A program made the translations under genes and the position numbers. The notes beneath the pieces were generated by a model, which was not told where the DNA came from, did no database searches, and saw nothing but the letters and a program-made list of their open reading frames with translations. Below are positions 1 through 9,942 of a stretch of DNA of 64,000 nt, one piece after another (positions within the stretch are counted from its first letter, which is position 1; every line of letters starts with the position of its first letter). Source of the stretch: Micavibrio sp. (GTDB taxonomy: Bacteria; Pseudomonadota; Alphaproteobacteria; UBA9219); assembly GCA_020718105.1 (NCBI GenBank), contig DYDA01000006.1, positions 5,442 to 69,441 of the forward strand. The letters run 5' to 3'.

Positions 1-54
1 CACTGGTTTTTTGCTCTAGATTGATTGTTGTGTTATTTCCGCCTATCGTGCGGC

Positions 55-870
55 ATGACCAATAAACTGATCGAAATAGGCGAGGCAAGGCGGGCGCAAG
101 TTATCAAGGAAAAGGCGCTTATGCCTTTTGCCGAAATGGATCGCGCCGCCCAAGAGGCTCTCCCCCCTCGTGGCTTTGTCAACGCCCTTCAAACCAAGGT
201 CAAAAGCGGCGCGTTTGGCCTTATTGGCGAGATCAAGAAAGCCTCGCCTTCTGCAGGACTTATTCGCGCCGACTTCGATCCCGCCGCCATCGCCAAAGCT
301 TATGAGGCGGGCGGCGCGGCGTGCCTTTCTGTTCTGACCGAAGAAACCTATTTCCAAGGCCATAACGATTTTCTGGGGCAAGCGCGGGAGGCTTGCGCCC
401 TGCCCGCTTTGCGTAAGGATTTCATGGTTGATCTTTGGCAAGTCGCGCAAGCACGAGCGATAGGCGCGGATTGCATCTTGCTGATTATGGCGCTGCTTGA
501 TGACGCTCTGGCCGCTGACATGCATGCCGCCGCAAGAGCGTATGGGATGGACCTATTAATCGAAGTCCATGATGAAGCTGAGATGGAGCGTGCGCTGCGC
601 CTGCCTTCCTCCGGCCTTATTGGCATCAATAACCGCAACCTGAAAACACTGGCCATTGATCTGGCGACAACGGAAAGGCTTGCGCCTATGGCTCCGGCTG
701 ACCGCTTGCTCGTCAGCGAAAGCGGCCTGCAAACCACAGAGGATTTGCATCGCATGCGCCGCGCAGGCGTGGGGTGCTTCTTGATCGGAGAATCCTTAAT
801 GCGGCAAGCCGATATCACAAAAGCCACCACCCAAATGATGGGGCAAGCCCTTGATTCTCTTTTTGTGTGA
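55..870 (+). CDS. trpC: indole-3-glycerol phosphate synthase
   Basis: ORF 25..870; TrpC-like throughout (IGEIKKASPS, LSVLTEE, INNRNL); probable true start ATG at 55 (MTNKLIEIGEARRAQ). Confidence 0.9.
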   Translation: MTNKLIEIGEARRAQVIKEKALMPFAEMDRAAQEALPPRGFVNALQTKVKSGAFGLIGEIKKASPSAGLIRADFDPAAIAKAYEAGGAACLSVLTEETYFQGHNDFLGQAREACALPALRKDFMVDLWQVAQARAIGADCILLIMALLDDALAADMHAAARAYGMDLLIEVHDEAEMERALRLPSSGLIGINNRNLKTLAIDLATTERLAPMAPADRLLVSESGLQTTEDLHRMRRAGVGCFLIGESLMRQADITKATTQMMGQALDSLFV

Positions 871-929
871 TGCGCAAGACCGCGCTTGGCAAGAAGCTTT
901 CTTCTCGTTATAAGGAGGGCGCTTAAAGC

Positions 930-1016
930 GCGGGCGTGGCGGAATCGGTAGACGCAACGGACTTAAAATCCGTTGGGCGTAAGCCCGTGGGGGTTCAAGT
1001 CCCCCCGCCCGCACCA
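930..1016 (+). tRNA. tRNA-Leu (anticodon TAA), long variable arm, CCA encoded
   Basis: Acceptor stem gcgggcg/cgcccgc, anticodon loop cTTAAaa, T-arm ggggttcaagtcccc, 87 nt. Confidence 0.85.
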
Positions 1017-1079
1017 TCTAAGGATAGAGTAGAATAAAGACATTTACCAAACAAGCCCCTCTCGGCTATCCTGCCGCTC

Positions 1080-2480
1080 ATGGCCAAATCATCATCCCAT
1101 TATGTTTGTCAAAGCTGCGGCGCGTCGTTTCCCAAATGGGGCGGCAAGTGCGAGGCGTGCGGCGCGTGGAACAGCCTTGTCGAAGAAGCTGTGGCCGATG
1201 GCCCTCCCAAGGGTCTTCATGACGGGGCAAGGGGCAAACACAAGGGCCGCGCCATTGCCTTTGTGCCCCTGAAAGGCGAGAAGCGCCACCTGCCCCGCCA
1301 CCTTTCCGGCATGGGCGAGTTTGACCGCGTGGTCGGCGGCGGGCTTGTGCCCGGATCGGCCACGTTGGTCGGCGGCGATCCCGGCATCGGCAAATCCACG
1401 CTGTTGTTGCAGGTTGTGTGCAGGCTGGCGAAGGCCGCGCGCGTGGCCTATATCTCTGGCGAAGAGGCCATCGATCAGGTGCGCCTTCGCGCCGAGCGCC
1501 TTGGCGTTGCCGATGTGAATTGCGATCTGGCCAGCGCGACGGCGGTGAGGGATATTGCGGCCTCGCTGGATCACGCCGACGCTCCCGATATTCTTGTTAT
1601 CGATTCCATTCAAACCATGTATGTCGATACGATTGACAGCGCCCCCGGAACCGTGGCGCAGGTGAGAACCTCGGCGCAAGAGCTGATCCGCATCGCCAAA
1701 AAGCGCGATATTGCCGTTATTCTGGTGGGGCATGTCACCAAAGAGGGAACCATCGCGGGCCCCCGCGTGCTTGAGCATATGGTGGACACCGTCCTGTACC
1801 TTGAGGGTGAGCGCGGCCACCAGTTCCGCATCCTTCGCGCCGTCAAAAACCGCTTTGGCCCCACGGACGAGATTGGCGTGTTTGAGATGCAAGAGGAAGG
1901 GCTTCTTGAGGTTCATAACCCCTCGGCCCTGTTCCTTGCGGATCGCCACGGCGATACGTCGGGAGCCGCCGTCTTTGCGGGGCTAGAGGGCACGCGCCCT
2001 GTGTTGGTGGAGGTGCAGGCGCTGGTCGCCCCTTCCTCCTATGGCACGCCGCGCCGCGCCGTGATCGGCTGGGACGCCGGACGGCTTGCCATGGTGCTGG
2101 CGGTGCTAGAGGCCCGCTGTGGTGTCACCTTTGGCAATAACGACGTGTACCTGAACGTGGCGGGAGGCCTGAAAGTGACGGAGCCCGCCGCCGATTTGGC
2201 CGTCGCTGCCGCCCTGCTCTCCTCGCTCACGGGCGTGCCTGTCCCTGCCGAGGCCGTGGTCTTTGGCGAGATTGGCCTGTCGGGCGAGGTGCGCCGCGTG
2301 GCGCAGCCAGAGCTTAGATTAAAAGAAGCCGCTAAGCTTGGGTTTTCACAGGCTATTTTGCCCAAAGTTGACGATAAGGGCAAAATCAAACCCACCAGCG
2401 GCATCGGCAGAACCGAAATCAACCGCCTTTCGGGGTTATTGCCATTGTTCCAGACGGAAAAAATGGACAAAAGAAAGTAA
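1080..2480 (+). CDS. radA: DNA repair protein RadA/Sms
   Basis: N-terminal CxxC-x-CxxC zinc finger, Walker A GGDPGIGKST, Lon-protease-like C-terminus; 466 aa. Confidence 0.95.
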   Translation: MAKSSSHYVCQSCGASFPKWGGKCEACGAWNSLVEEAVADGPPKGLHDGARGKHKGRAIAFVPLKGEKRHLPRHLSGMGEFDRVVGGGLVPGSATLVGGDPGIGKSTLLLQVVCRLAKAARVAYISGEEAIDQVRLRAERLGVADVNCDLASATAVRDIAASLDHADAPDILVIDSIQTMYVDTIDSAPGTVAQVRTSAQELIRIAKKRDIAVILVGHVTKEGTIAGPRVLEHMVDTVLYLEGERGHQFRILRAVKNRFGPTDEIGVFEMQEEGLLEVHNPSALFLADRHGDTSGAAVFAGLEGTRPVLVEVQALVAPSSYGTPRRAVIGWDAGRLAMVLAVLEARCGVTFGNNDVYLNVAGGLKVTEPAADLAVAAALLSSLTGVPVPAEAVVFGEIGLSGEVRRVAQPELRLKEAAKLGFSQAILPKVDDKGKIKPTSGIGRTEINRLSGLLPLFQTEKMDKRK

Positions 2481-2544
2481 TTTCTTCATAAGCGCTCTTA
2501 GCAAAGCAGGAATCATGTGGTAGAGCATGAGCCATCTAAGCTTA

Positions 2545-2693
2545 ATCACCCTCCCCTTGCGGGAGGGTCGAAAACGCGTCAGCGTTTTCGGGGAGGGGTC
2601 GGGAGTGTTCCCTCTTAAAACCCAAACCCCTCCCCGAAGTTTTTGTTTCCTTCGGTTACAAAAACTTCGACCCTCCCGCAAGGGGAGGGTGAT
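2545..2693. repeat. ~150-bp MITE-like element with perfect 28-bp terminal inverted repeats and nested inner palindromes
   Basis: atcaccctccccttgcgggagggtcgaa at 2545-2572 exactly reverse-complemented at 2666-2693; inner ggggaggggt/acccctcccc pair; radA-cvpA intergenic. Confidence 0.8.
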
Positions 2694-2738
2694 TTTATTG
2701 TGAGGCCTAAAATAGCATTCGTCTAAATCACGAGCGAG

Positions 2739-3431
2739 ATGCCCATGGAACATACGCAATTCAACATCTTTGACATACTCACCGCCGCCGTGCTGGTGGC
2801 CAGCGGCATCTTTGCCTTTAGGCGCGGCCTGATCCGTGAGGTTCTCTCGCTGGGCACATGGGTCTTGGCCTCGGTCTTTGCTTTCTCCTTTTATCCGATG
2901 GCAAGGCCTTTTCTTGAAGAGCATATCAAGAACGCTATGCTCGCCGATGCGGCAACCGCTATCGGCCTTTTTTGTATCGCGATTGTCGTGCTGGTTCCGC
3001 TGGGCGATTACCTGACCGGCCTTGTCAAAACGCCGACGCTGAGTTCCATTGATCGCTCGTTGGGTTTCGTGTTCGGCCTTGTTCGCGGCTTTGTGATCAT
3101 GTGCCTTCTTTATTTGGGGGCGACCTATGTTTGGAGCAACGACGAGGCCAAGCAGCCCGTCTGGCTGGCGCAGGCCAAGGCCAAACCGGCGCTCTCCTAT
3201 GGCGTTGAGGTTATCAAGAGCATGACTCCAGAAAATCCAGAGGAAGCCGCCTCTGAGCAACTTCAAAAAGGGCGTGAAATGGCCGAACGCGCCGCCGAAA
3301 ATGCCAAGCGCCTTGAGGACATTTCGGTTCCTGTTCCCACTGTCACCAGAGAGCAAGGCAACGGCGCTTCCTATGGCGACGAGACACGCGATAAAATGAA
3401 TAATTTGTATGATCGGAACGCAAATCCATGA
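2739..3431 (+). CDS. cvpA: CvpA family (colicin V production) membrane protein
   Basis: N-terminal TM helices, CvpA-like sequence; conserved position immediately upstream of purF. Confidence 0.8.
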   Translation: MPMEHTQFNIFDILTAAVLVASGIFAFRRGLIREVLSLGTWVLASVFAFSFYPMARPFLEEHIKNAMLADAATAIGLFCIAIVVLVPLGDYLTGLVKTPTLSSIDRSLGFVFGLVRGFVIMCLLYLGATYVWSNDEAKQPVWLAQAKAKPALSYGVEVIKSMTPENPEEAASEQLQKGREMAERAAENAKRLEDISVPVPTVTREQGNGASYGDETRDKMNNLYDRNANP

Positions 3432-4891
3432 CCCTTTCTGTAACGACGGATCCTTTTGACGACGACAAGCTTCATGAGGAATGCGGCATCTTTGGCATCA
3501 TTGGCAATGAATCCGCCACCGCCATGACGGCTCTCGGCCTTCACGCCTTGCAGCATCGCGGGCAGGAAGCCGTGGGCATCGTCAGCTTTGACGGCGAGCA
3601 TTTCCACGCCAAACATGCGCTGGGTCAAGTCGGCGCGAATTTCAGTTCGGAAACCACGATCAATAAGCTGAAAGGCTCCGCCGCCATCGGCCATGTGCGC
3701 TATGCCACCACGGGAGAGACCTCGCTTCGAAATGTTCAGCCCCTTTTTGCCGATTTCGATTTCGGTGGCTTTGGCGTCGCGCATAACGGCAATCTCACCA
3801 ATGCGTATGCTCTTCGCAAAGACCTTGTGAAACGCGGCTGCATTTTCCACGCGACGACGGACACCGAAGTTATCATCCATCTTGTCGCTCTTTCTAAGCA
3901 AGCAACCATTATTGACCGCCTTATTGACGCGTTGAAACAAATCGAAGGAGCCTATTCCCTTGTTTGTTTAGCTCAAGGCATGATCATCGGTGTGCGCGAT
4001 CCTTATGGCGTGCGCCCGCTTGTGATCGGCAAACTGGAAAGCGGCTATGTTTTGGCCAGCGAAACGTGCGCTCTTGATATCATCGGCGCATCTTTTGTGC
4101 GCGATGTTGAAGCAGGTGAGATCGTTATTTTGAACGGCGATAACATCGAAAGCATCAAGCCTTTTGGCAACATCAAACGCCGCTTCTGCATTTTTGAATA
4201 CATCTATTTTGCGCGTCCCGATTCCTATTTGGACAGCGTGTCCGTCTATGAGGCGCGCAAAAACATCGGGCGCGAGTTGGCCAAAGAATCCCCTGTTGTG
4301 GCCGACATGGTCGTTCCTGTTCCCGATTCCGGCACGCCGACAGCCATTGGTTTTGCGCAGGAAAGCGGTTTGCCGTTTGAGATGGGGATCATCCGCAATC
4401 ACTACGTCGGCAGAACCTTTATTCAGCCGACGGATCGCATTCGCCATATCGGTGTTAAATTGAAACACAATGCTAATCGCAAGCTGATTGAGGGCAAGCG
4501 CATTGTCCTTTTGGATGACTCCATCGTGCGCGGCACAACATCGGTTAAAATCGTCAAGATGCTGCGTCAAGCGGGCGCCAAAGAAGTGCATATGCGCATC
4601 TCTAGCCCGCCTACCAAACATAGCTGTTTCTATGGCATTGATACGCCCGAGTCCGATAAGCTTCTTGCCCATGCGCATACGGTTGAGGAAATGGCAGCCT
4701 TTATCGGCGTGGAGTCATTGGCCTTTATTTCCACTGAGGGGCTTTATCGCGCCCTTGGCGAACAAGGTCGAAACCTCGCGCAACCGCAGTATTGCGATGC
4801 GTGCTTCACGGGTGATTATCCCATCGCCCTAACCGATCATGACAATAAAAACGGGCAATGCGAACTGTCGCTTTTGGCCAAAGAAGCGTGA
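3428..4891 (+). CDS. purF: amidophosphoribosyltransferase
   Basis: N-terminal CGIFGI Ntn-hydrolase motif, PRTase domain; 487 aa; start overlaps cvpA stop. Confidence 0.95.
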   Translation: MTLSVTTDPFDDDKLHEECGIFGIIGNESATAMTALGLHALQHRGQEAVGIVSFDGEHFHAKHALGQVGANFSSETTINKLKGSAAIGHVRYATTGETSLRNVQPLFADFDFGGFGVAHNGNLTNAYALRKDLVKRGCIFHATTDTEVIIHLVALSKQATIIDRLIDALKQIEGAYSLVCLAQGMIIGVRDPYGVRPLVIGKLESGYVLASETCALDIIGASFVRDVEAGEIVILNGDNIESIKPFGNIKRRFCIFEYIYFARPDSYLDSVSVYEARKNIGRELAKESPVVADMVVPVPDSGTPTAIGFAQESGLPFEMGIIRNHYVGRTFIQPTDRIRHIGVKLKHNANRKLIEGKRIVLLDDSIVRGTTSVKIVKMLRQAGAKEVHMRISSPPTKHSCFYGIDTPESDKLLAHAHTVEEMAAFIGVESLAFISTEGLYRALGEQGRNLAQPQYCDACFTGDYPIALTDHDNKNGQCELSLLAKEA

Positions 4892-4908
4892 GATATTTCT
4901 CCTCTCTT

Positions 4909-4946
4909 GTCATTGCGAGGAGGCCTTTAGGCCGACGCGGCAATCC
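4909..4946. repeat. REP-like palindromic intergenic repeat (family gtcattgcgag...gcggcaatcc)
   Basis: gtcattgcgaggaggcctttaggccgacgcggcaatcc downstream of purF; related copy at 6141-6175. Confidence 0.5.
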
Positions 4947-5061
4947 AGCTGCGCCGTGTCCACGGCGCATAAAACTTATATGCCTCGCAGACGCTCGGCA
5001 GACTGGATCGCCACGGCGCATTCGCGCCTCGCGATGACGAGTTTTTTTAACGGCATCACCT

Positions 5062-6102
5062 ATGACCACACCCTCTTGGCATCCTGATCTTTATGCGCGG
5101 CGCAGGCCGTTTTTGGACGTGCGGCAAAAGGTGATCCGTGCTCTTCGCCGATATTTTGAAAGCCAAGACTTCGCCGAGGTCGATACGCCCGCGCTTCAGG
5201 TTTCCCCCGGTAACGAAGTGCATTTGCAGGCCTTTAAGACCGAGTTGAAAAGCCCGCATGGCGATCCGCCGCAGACTTTTTATCTGCATACCAGCCCAGA
5301 GTTCGCGATGAAGAAACTTCTGGTGGCGGGCGAGGCTCGTCTTTATCAAATCGCGCATGTCTATCGCAACGGCGAGAGGTCTAGTCGTCATCATCCCGAA
5401 TTCACCATGATGGAATGGTATCGCGCCAACGCTGATACGAACGCGATTAAAGAAGACTGTATCGCGCTGACCCGCGCTTGCGCTACAGCGTCGGGAAAAA
5501 CCGTTTTTACAGCAAATGGCATGACCTGTGATCCCTTTGCGCCGTGGGAAAGCCTAAGCGTTCCTGATGCTTTCAAGCGTTATGCGGGCATCGATCTGAT
5601 GGCCACCGCGCCTAATCCCAAAACGCCCGATGCAGCTTTGCTTTGCTGCGCGATGGCGCCTTTATCTCTTCGCACCGCGCCAGATGACACATGGGAGGAC
5701 TTATTTTTTCGCGTGATGGGCGAAAAGATTGAGCCGTTCTTGGGCAAGGATAGGCCTACGTTTTTGTGCGATTACCCTATTAGTATGGCGGCTTTGGCAA
5801 GGCCCCTGCCCCATGATCCGCGCCTTGCCGAGCGGTTTGAGCTATACATCGCGGGCTATGAGATTGCGAATGCGTTTGGTGAGCTAACGGATGCGGATGA
5901 GCAGCTTCGCCGTTTTAAGGCTGACATGGACTTAAAGGAAAAACTGCATGGTGAGCGCTTCCCCATTGATTCCGATTTTATCGCGGCTTTACAATGGGGC
6001 ATGCCGCCTTCTGCCGGTATTGCCCTTGGCATTGACCGTCTTGTGATGCTTTGCGCAGGAACAGAAGTGATTGATGATGTGTTGTGGCTGCCCGTTTCTT
6101 GA
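5062..6102 (+). CDS. epmA: EF-P lysine ligase (class II LysRS paralog EpmA/GenX/PoxA)
   Basis: Class II aaRS catalytic core motifs (FRNE-like YRNGE, GIDRL), ~346 aa with no anticodon-binding domain. Confidence 0.8.
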   Translation: MTTPSWHPDLYARRRPFLDVRQKVIRALRRYFESQDFAEVDTPALQVSPGNEVHLQAFKTELKSPHGDPPQTFYLHTSPEFAMKKLLVAGEARLYQIAHVYRNGERSSRHHPEFTMMEWYRANADTNAIKEDCIALTRACATASGKTVFTANGMTCDPFAPWESLSVPDAFKRYAGIDLMATAPNPKTPDAALLCCAMAPLSLRTAPDDTWEDLFFRVMGEKIEPFLGKDRPTFLCDYPISMAALARPLPHDPRLAERFELYIAGYEIANAFGELTDADEQLRRFKADMDLKEKLHGERFPIDSDFIAALQWGMPPSAGIALGIDRLVMLCAGTEVIDDVLWLPVS

Positions 6103-6140
6103 CAAAGTCTTGTTTTATAACCAAATCGAATACCTCCCCC

Positions 6141-6175
6141 GTCATTGCGAGCGACTGCAAGGAGCGCGGTAATCC
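6141..6175. repeat. REP-like palindromic intergenic repeat (second copy of the 4909 family)
   Basis: gtcattgcgagcgactgcaaggagcgcggtaatcc downstream of epmA. Confidence 0.5.
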
Positions 6176-6328
6176 ATCACCTCTATTTTCCATTATTGAC
6201 TTTGTTCGCCAATTCAAGAGATGGACTGCCACGTCGCCTTTTCAAGGCTCCTCGCAGTGACGATAGGGTATTACAGAAATGAAGCGTCTCGACTATAAAC
6301 ACTTTAAAGGCAAAGTTCGGAGGTTTGA

Positions 6329-7729
6329 ATGAAACAAAAAAATAATCCTATCAGCCGCCTCCATAGGTTTGTTGCCTCTATTCTTTTGCTCTCCTTGACT
6401 CTTGTTCCGATGCAACGATCCGTGGCGCAAGATGGCGGCACGATGACCTTTATCCGTGATGCGGAGATTGAGCATTACCTTCGCGCCCTTAGCACGCCGA
6501 TTTTTCGGGCAGCTGATCTTGATCCCAAAGCGGTCAGCCTCCTCCTTATTCAAAACAGCGAGATTAATGCATTTGTCGCTGGTGGCATCAATATTTTCTT
6601 CTACACAGGGCTGCTGCAAGTTACCGATACGCCAGAGCAATTGCAAGGCGTGATAGCCCATGAAACAGGCCATATTGCAGGTGGCCATCTGGCACGTGGT
6701 TCGCAAGCCATGCGTCATGCCTCGGCGCAGGCCATCATCGGTATGCTGGCAGGCCTAGCGGCGGGCATCGCCAGCGGCAAGGGCGAGGTGGCCATCGGGG
6801 CTATCGGCGGCGCTCAGGAAATAGCGCAGCGCAACTTGATGCGTTATTCACGTGAGCAAGAATCTTTTGCCGATACGGCAGCGCTGCGTTTTTTGGACAG
6901 CATAGGGCAAAGCGCCAAAGGCATGCTTGAGTTTATGAAAAAGTTGGCGGGGCAAGATATTCTGCCAATTGATCGGCAAATTGAATATGTCCGCACGCAT
7001 CCGCTTTCCCAAGATCGCGTCAACAATATAGAACATCATCTTCAATCGCGCCCCGAGTTAGCCAACAAGACTCTTGGCGCTGCTGTCCTCCTCATGCATG
7101 AGCGTATGAAGGCGAAGCTGCTTGGCTATCTCCAGCCTGAAACAGCGTTGTTGCGCTATACCGATAAAGACCCGCGCCTGCCCGCCCGCTATGCTCGCGC
7201 CATTGCGTTGTACAGAACGAGCCAACTGCCTCGCGCCTTGGCCGTTGTTGAGACTTTGCTTAAGGAAGAGCCGGAAAATCCCTTTTTTATCGAGCTAAAA
7301 GCCCAAATGCTTTTTGAAAACGGACGCGTTTCAGAAGCGATCACTTTGTACCAAAAAACGGTCGATTTAGTGCCCGATTCAGCCCTTTTACGCGTCGCTT
7401 ATGCTCATGCTTTGTTAGAGAGTAAAAAGGACGGCGTTCTTGACCAAGTGATCGCACATTTGACCGAAGCCAACCGCCTAGAAGAGCGAAACGGCCAGAC
7501 TTGGCGCTTTTTAGCAGCGGCATGGACTCGCAAAGCTGAATTGACCAAGAGTCCCCACGACCAAGGGCTTGTTTCCTATGCTCTTGCTGAGGAGGCCATT
7601 TCAAACGGTCAAGATAAAGAAGCAGGCCAATATGCCGCTAGAGCTTTGAGAACGCTTTCTAAAGGTTCTCCCTATTGGCTCAAAGCTCAAGACATTAAGC
7701 TTAATGTTGAGCACAACCGCAATGATTGA
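6329..7729 (+). CDS. M48 family metalloprotease with TPR repeats (BepA/YfgC-like), secreted
   Basis: Signal peptide, HETGHIAGGH (HExxH) motif, C-terminal TPR-like region; 466 aa. Confidence 0.85.
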   Translation: MKQKNNPISRLHRFVASILLLSLTLVPMQRSVAQDGGTMTFIRDAEIEHYLRALSTPIFRAADLDPKAVSLLLIQNSEINAFVAGGINIFFYTGLLQVTDTPEQLQGVIAHETGHIAGGHLARGSQAMRHASAQAIIGMLAGLAAGIASGKGEVAIGAIGGAQEIAQRNLMRYSREQESFADTAALRFLDSIGQSAKGMLEFMKKLAGQDILPIDRQIEYVRTHPLSQDRVNNIEHHLQSRPELANKTLGAAVLLMHERMKAKLLGYLQPETALLRYTDKDPRLPARYARAIALYRTSQLPRALAVVETLLKEEPENPFFIELKAQMLFENGRVSEAITLYQKTVDLVPDSALLRVAYAHALLESKKDGVLDQVIAHLTEANRLEERNGQTWRFLAAAWTRKAELTKSPHDQGLVSYALAEEAISNGQDKEAGQYAARALRTLSKGSPYWLKAQDIKLNVEHNRND

Positions 7730-7798
7730 CTTATGCCTGAAAACTTGGTCTTGTGCCTCTTCCACGGTTTGATCGTTAACTCTTAGCGGAGCTTTTTC

Positions 7799-8554
7799 AT
7801 GTCCTCTCTTAAAACCCTTCTCCTTGCCTTGTCACTCAGTGCGCTTCCTACTTTAGGCATGGCAGCCGATGCGGCTCCCGCCTTTACCGATAGTCAAAAG
7901 GCTGCGATTGAAGGCATTGTGCGCGATTTGCTTACCGACAAAGAGCCGGAAATCGTTATGAAAGCGGCGGAAGAGATTCAAACGCGCATGGAAAAAGAAA
8001 ACTCAGTAAAAGGCCAAGCCGCCATCACGAAAAATCATGACAAAATTTATAACGATTCCACATCCCCCGTTGGTGGCAATCCCAAGGGCGATGCAAGCAT
8101 TGTCGCGTTCTTCGATTATACCTGCAGTTATTGCAAAATGGGGCGGGAAGCTTTGATCAAGTTTGTGGCTGAGGACAAAAATGTTCGCATCGTTTATAAA
8201 GAACTCCCCATTTTAGGTGCGGGTTCCGTTATCGCGTCTAAAGCCGCGTTGGCCAGCGCAGCGCAGGGGAAATATCCGGCCTTTCATGACGCTTTAATGG
8301 GTTCTAAAGAACGATTGTCCGAAGAGATCATCAAAAAAATTGCCAAAGATGTGGGGCTTGATGTCGAGAAAATGACCAAGGACATGGAAGGTGACAAAGT
8401 CAAAGAAATCTTAAAAGCCAATCAAGCTCTGGCGGCCTCCCTTCATATTCAGGGAACCCCTGCGTTTATCATCAATGACAAGCTTTATCCGGGCGTGTTG
8501 TCTTTTGATCAACTAAAGGCCGCCGTTGCCGATGCGCGCAAGGCCAAGAAGTAA
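7799..8554 (+). CDS. DsbA-family thiol:disulfide oxidoreductase
   Basis: Signal peptide, thioredoxin-fold CSYC active site; 251 aa. Confidence 0.85.
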   Translation: MSSLKTLLLALSLSALPTLGMAADAAPAFTDSQKAAIEGIVRDLLTDKEPEIVMKAAEEIQTRMEKENSVKGQAAITKNHDKIYNDSTSPVGGNPKGDASIVAFFDYTCSYCKMGREALIKFVAEDKNVRIVYKELPILGAGSVIASKAALASAAQGKYPAFHDALMGSKERLSEEIIKKIAKDVGLDVEKMTKDMEGDKVKEILKANQALAASLHIQGTPAFIINDKLYPGVLSFDQLKAAVADARKAKK

Positions 8555-8580
8555 TCGTCCTTATTGAGGGTTGTGATCCC

Positions 8581-9030
8581 GTGTCCAAGAAACCGCGCAT
8601 ACTGGTCCTCAACGGCCCTAACCTGAACATGTTGGGCGTGAGAGAGCCTGCGATCTATGGCTCTCTTACGCTTTCCGCTATCGAGGCTCTTTGCGCCCAG
8701 ACAGCGGATGAGGTTGGTCTGTCCATCGATTTTCGCCAAAGCAATCATGAGGGCGAGCTTGTGACTTGGATTCAGGAAGTGATCACAAAATCCTTTGATG
8801 GTATCGTGATCAATGCCGCCGCCTATACCCATACGTCGGTTGCGATTATGGACGCTTTAAAAATGACGGATGTGCCGATTGTTGAGGTTCATATCTCAAA
8901 TATCTTTACACGCGAAGCATTCCGCCATCATTCTTACGTTTCCCCCGTCGCCACAGGCGTTATTTGTGGTTTTGGCGCGGAAGGCTACAAGCTGGCGCTA
9001 CGCGCTTTAGCTAGTAAAATTATTCAATAA
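8581..9030 (+). CDS. aroQ: type II 3-dehydroquinate dehydratase
   Basis: [22 protein letters not shown]-terminus, 149 aa; GTG start; conserved aroQ-accB-accC context. Confidence 0.95.
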   Translation: MSKKPRILVLNGPNLNMLGVREPAIYGSLTLSAIEALCAQTADEVGLSIDFRQSNHEGELVTWIQEVITKSFDGIVINAAAYTHTSVAIMDALKMTDVPIVEVHISNIFTREAFRHHSYVSPVATGVICGFGAEGYKLALRALASKIIQ

Positions 9031-9045
9031 ACGAGGAAAGAAAAA

Positions 9046-9504
9046 ATGAGCACTTTTGATCTTGATATAAAATTTGTCCGTAAGCTGGCCGAGCTTTTGA
9101 AAGAAACCGGCCTGACGGAAATTGAATATGCCGAAGGCGATAAGCGTATCCGCTGCGTTGGTGCTCATGCCCCTGTGCAGCAGATTGTTGCCGCGCCTAC
9201 CGCTGCTGCTGCTGCACCTGTTTCCGTTGCATCAAACGCGCCTGTTGCTGCTGTGCCCGTGGTGACAGAAGGAACGCACGTGACATCGCCCATGGTGGGA
9301 ACGGTCTATCTTTCGCCAGAACCCGGAGCGCCCGCCTTTATCAAAGTTGGCGATAAGGTCAAACAGGGCGACACGCTTTTGATTATTGAGGCCATGAAGG
9401 TCATGAATCCCATCAAAGCCCCCGCCAGCGGCACGATTGTTGAGCTTCCCGTCACCGACGCCAAACCCGTCGAGTTCGGCGAGACGCTGGTTGTGATCGG
9501 ATAA
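9046..9504 (+). CDS. accB: biotin carboxyl carrier protein of acetyl-CoA carboxylase
   Basis: Ala/Pro linker and biotinyl-lysine motif EAMKVMN; 152 aa. Confidence 0.95.
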   Translation: MSTFDLDIKFVRKLAELLKETGLTEIEYAEGDKRIRCVGAHAPVQQIVAAPTAAAAAPVSVASNAPVAAVPVVTEGTHVTSPMVGTVYLSPEPGAPAFIKVGDKVKQGDTLLIIEAMKVMNPIKAPASGTIVELPVTDAKPVEFGETLVVIG

Positions 9505-9516
9505 AAGGAAATTAAA

Positions 9517-9942
9517 ATGCTGGATATAACCGCATTTCGTAACGCGCTCACCCAATTGGAAACCATGGAGCGCTTTCGTCAGAAGGCTTTGGCAGAGAAA
9601 AATGCCGAAGCAGTAGCGGTTGGGCGCACAGCTGCCGTCAAAGGATTTGAATACTCCTATGGGCTTTCGATCAAGTTTATGCAGCGCACTGTTAATATTC
9701 TTGGTGCCGAAGACGATTCTAGTCGGTCTATACCCTTTCGCGATCTTTTACGCAGTGCTCTTGATTATGGACTGATTTCCTCTATCGACCCGTGGCTCGC
9801 TTATAGGGAAAAACGCAACGAAACCAGCCACGCCTATGCAGAGAATAAAGCCGAGGCTATCGTCACGATCATTCCCGCTTTTCTTAAGGAAGCACAGTGC
9901 CTTCTTAAGGCCATAGAGGCTAAAGCCAAGGATAAATCATGA
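9517..9942 (+). CDS. HI0074-family nucleotidyltransferase substrate-binding (HEPN-like) protein, putative toxin
   Basis: 141-aa protein with HI0074/HEPN-like sequence; start 12 nt after accB stop; stop overlaps next ORF start. Confidence 0.75.
   Translation: MLDITAFRNALTQLETMERFRQKALAEKNAEAVAVGRTAAVKGFEYSYGLSIKFMQRTVNILGAEDDSSRSIPFRDLLRSALDYGLISSIDPWLAYREKRNETSHAYAENKAEAIVTIIPAFLKEAQCLLKAIEAKAKDKS

Noticed and set aside
43-3356. Long antisense ORFs overlapping trpC, radA and cvpA (e.g. 43..525-, 348..830-, 1092..1949-, 2436..3356-)
   Set aside because: They lie opposite well-supported conserved genes, have Arg/Ala/Pro-rich low-complexity translations typical of GC-rich antisense frames, and carry no motifs. 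Treated as non-coding.
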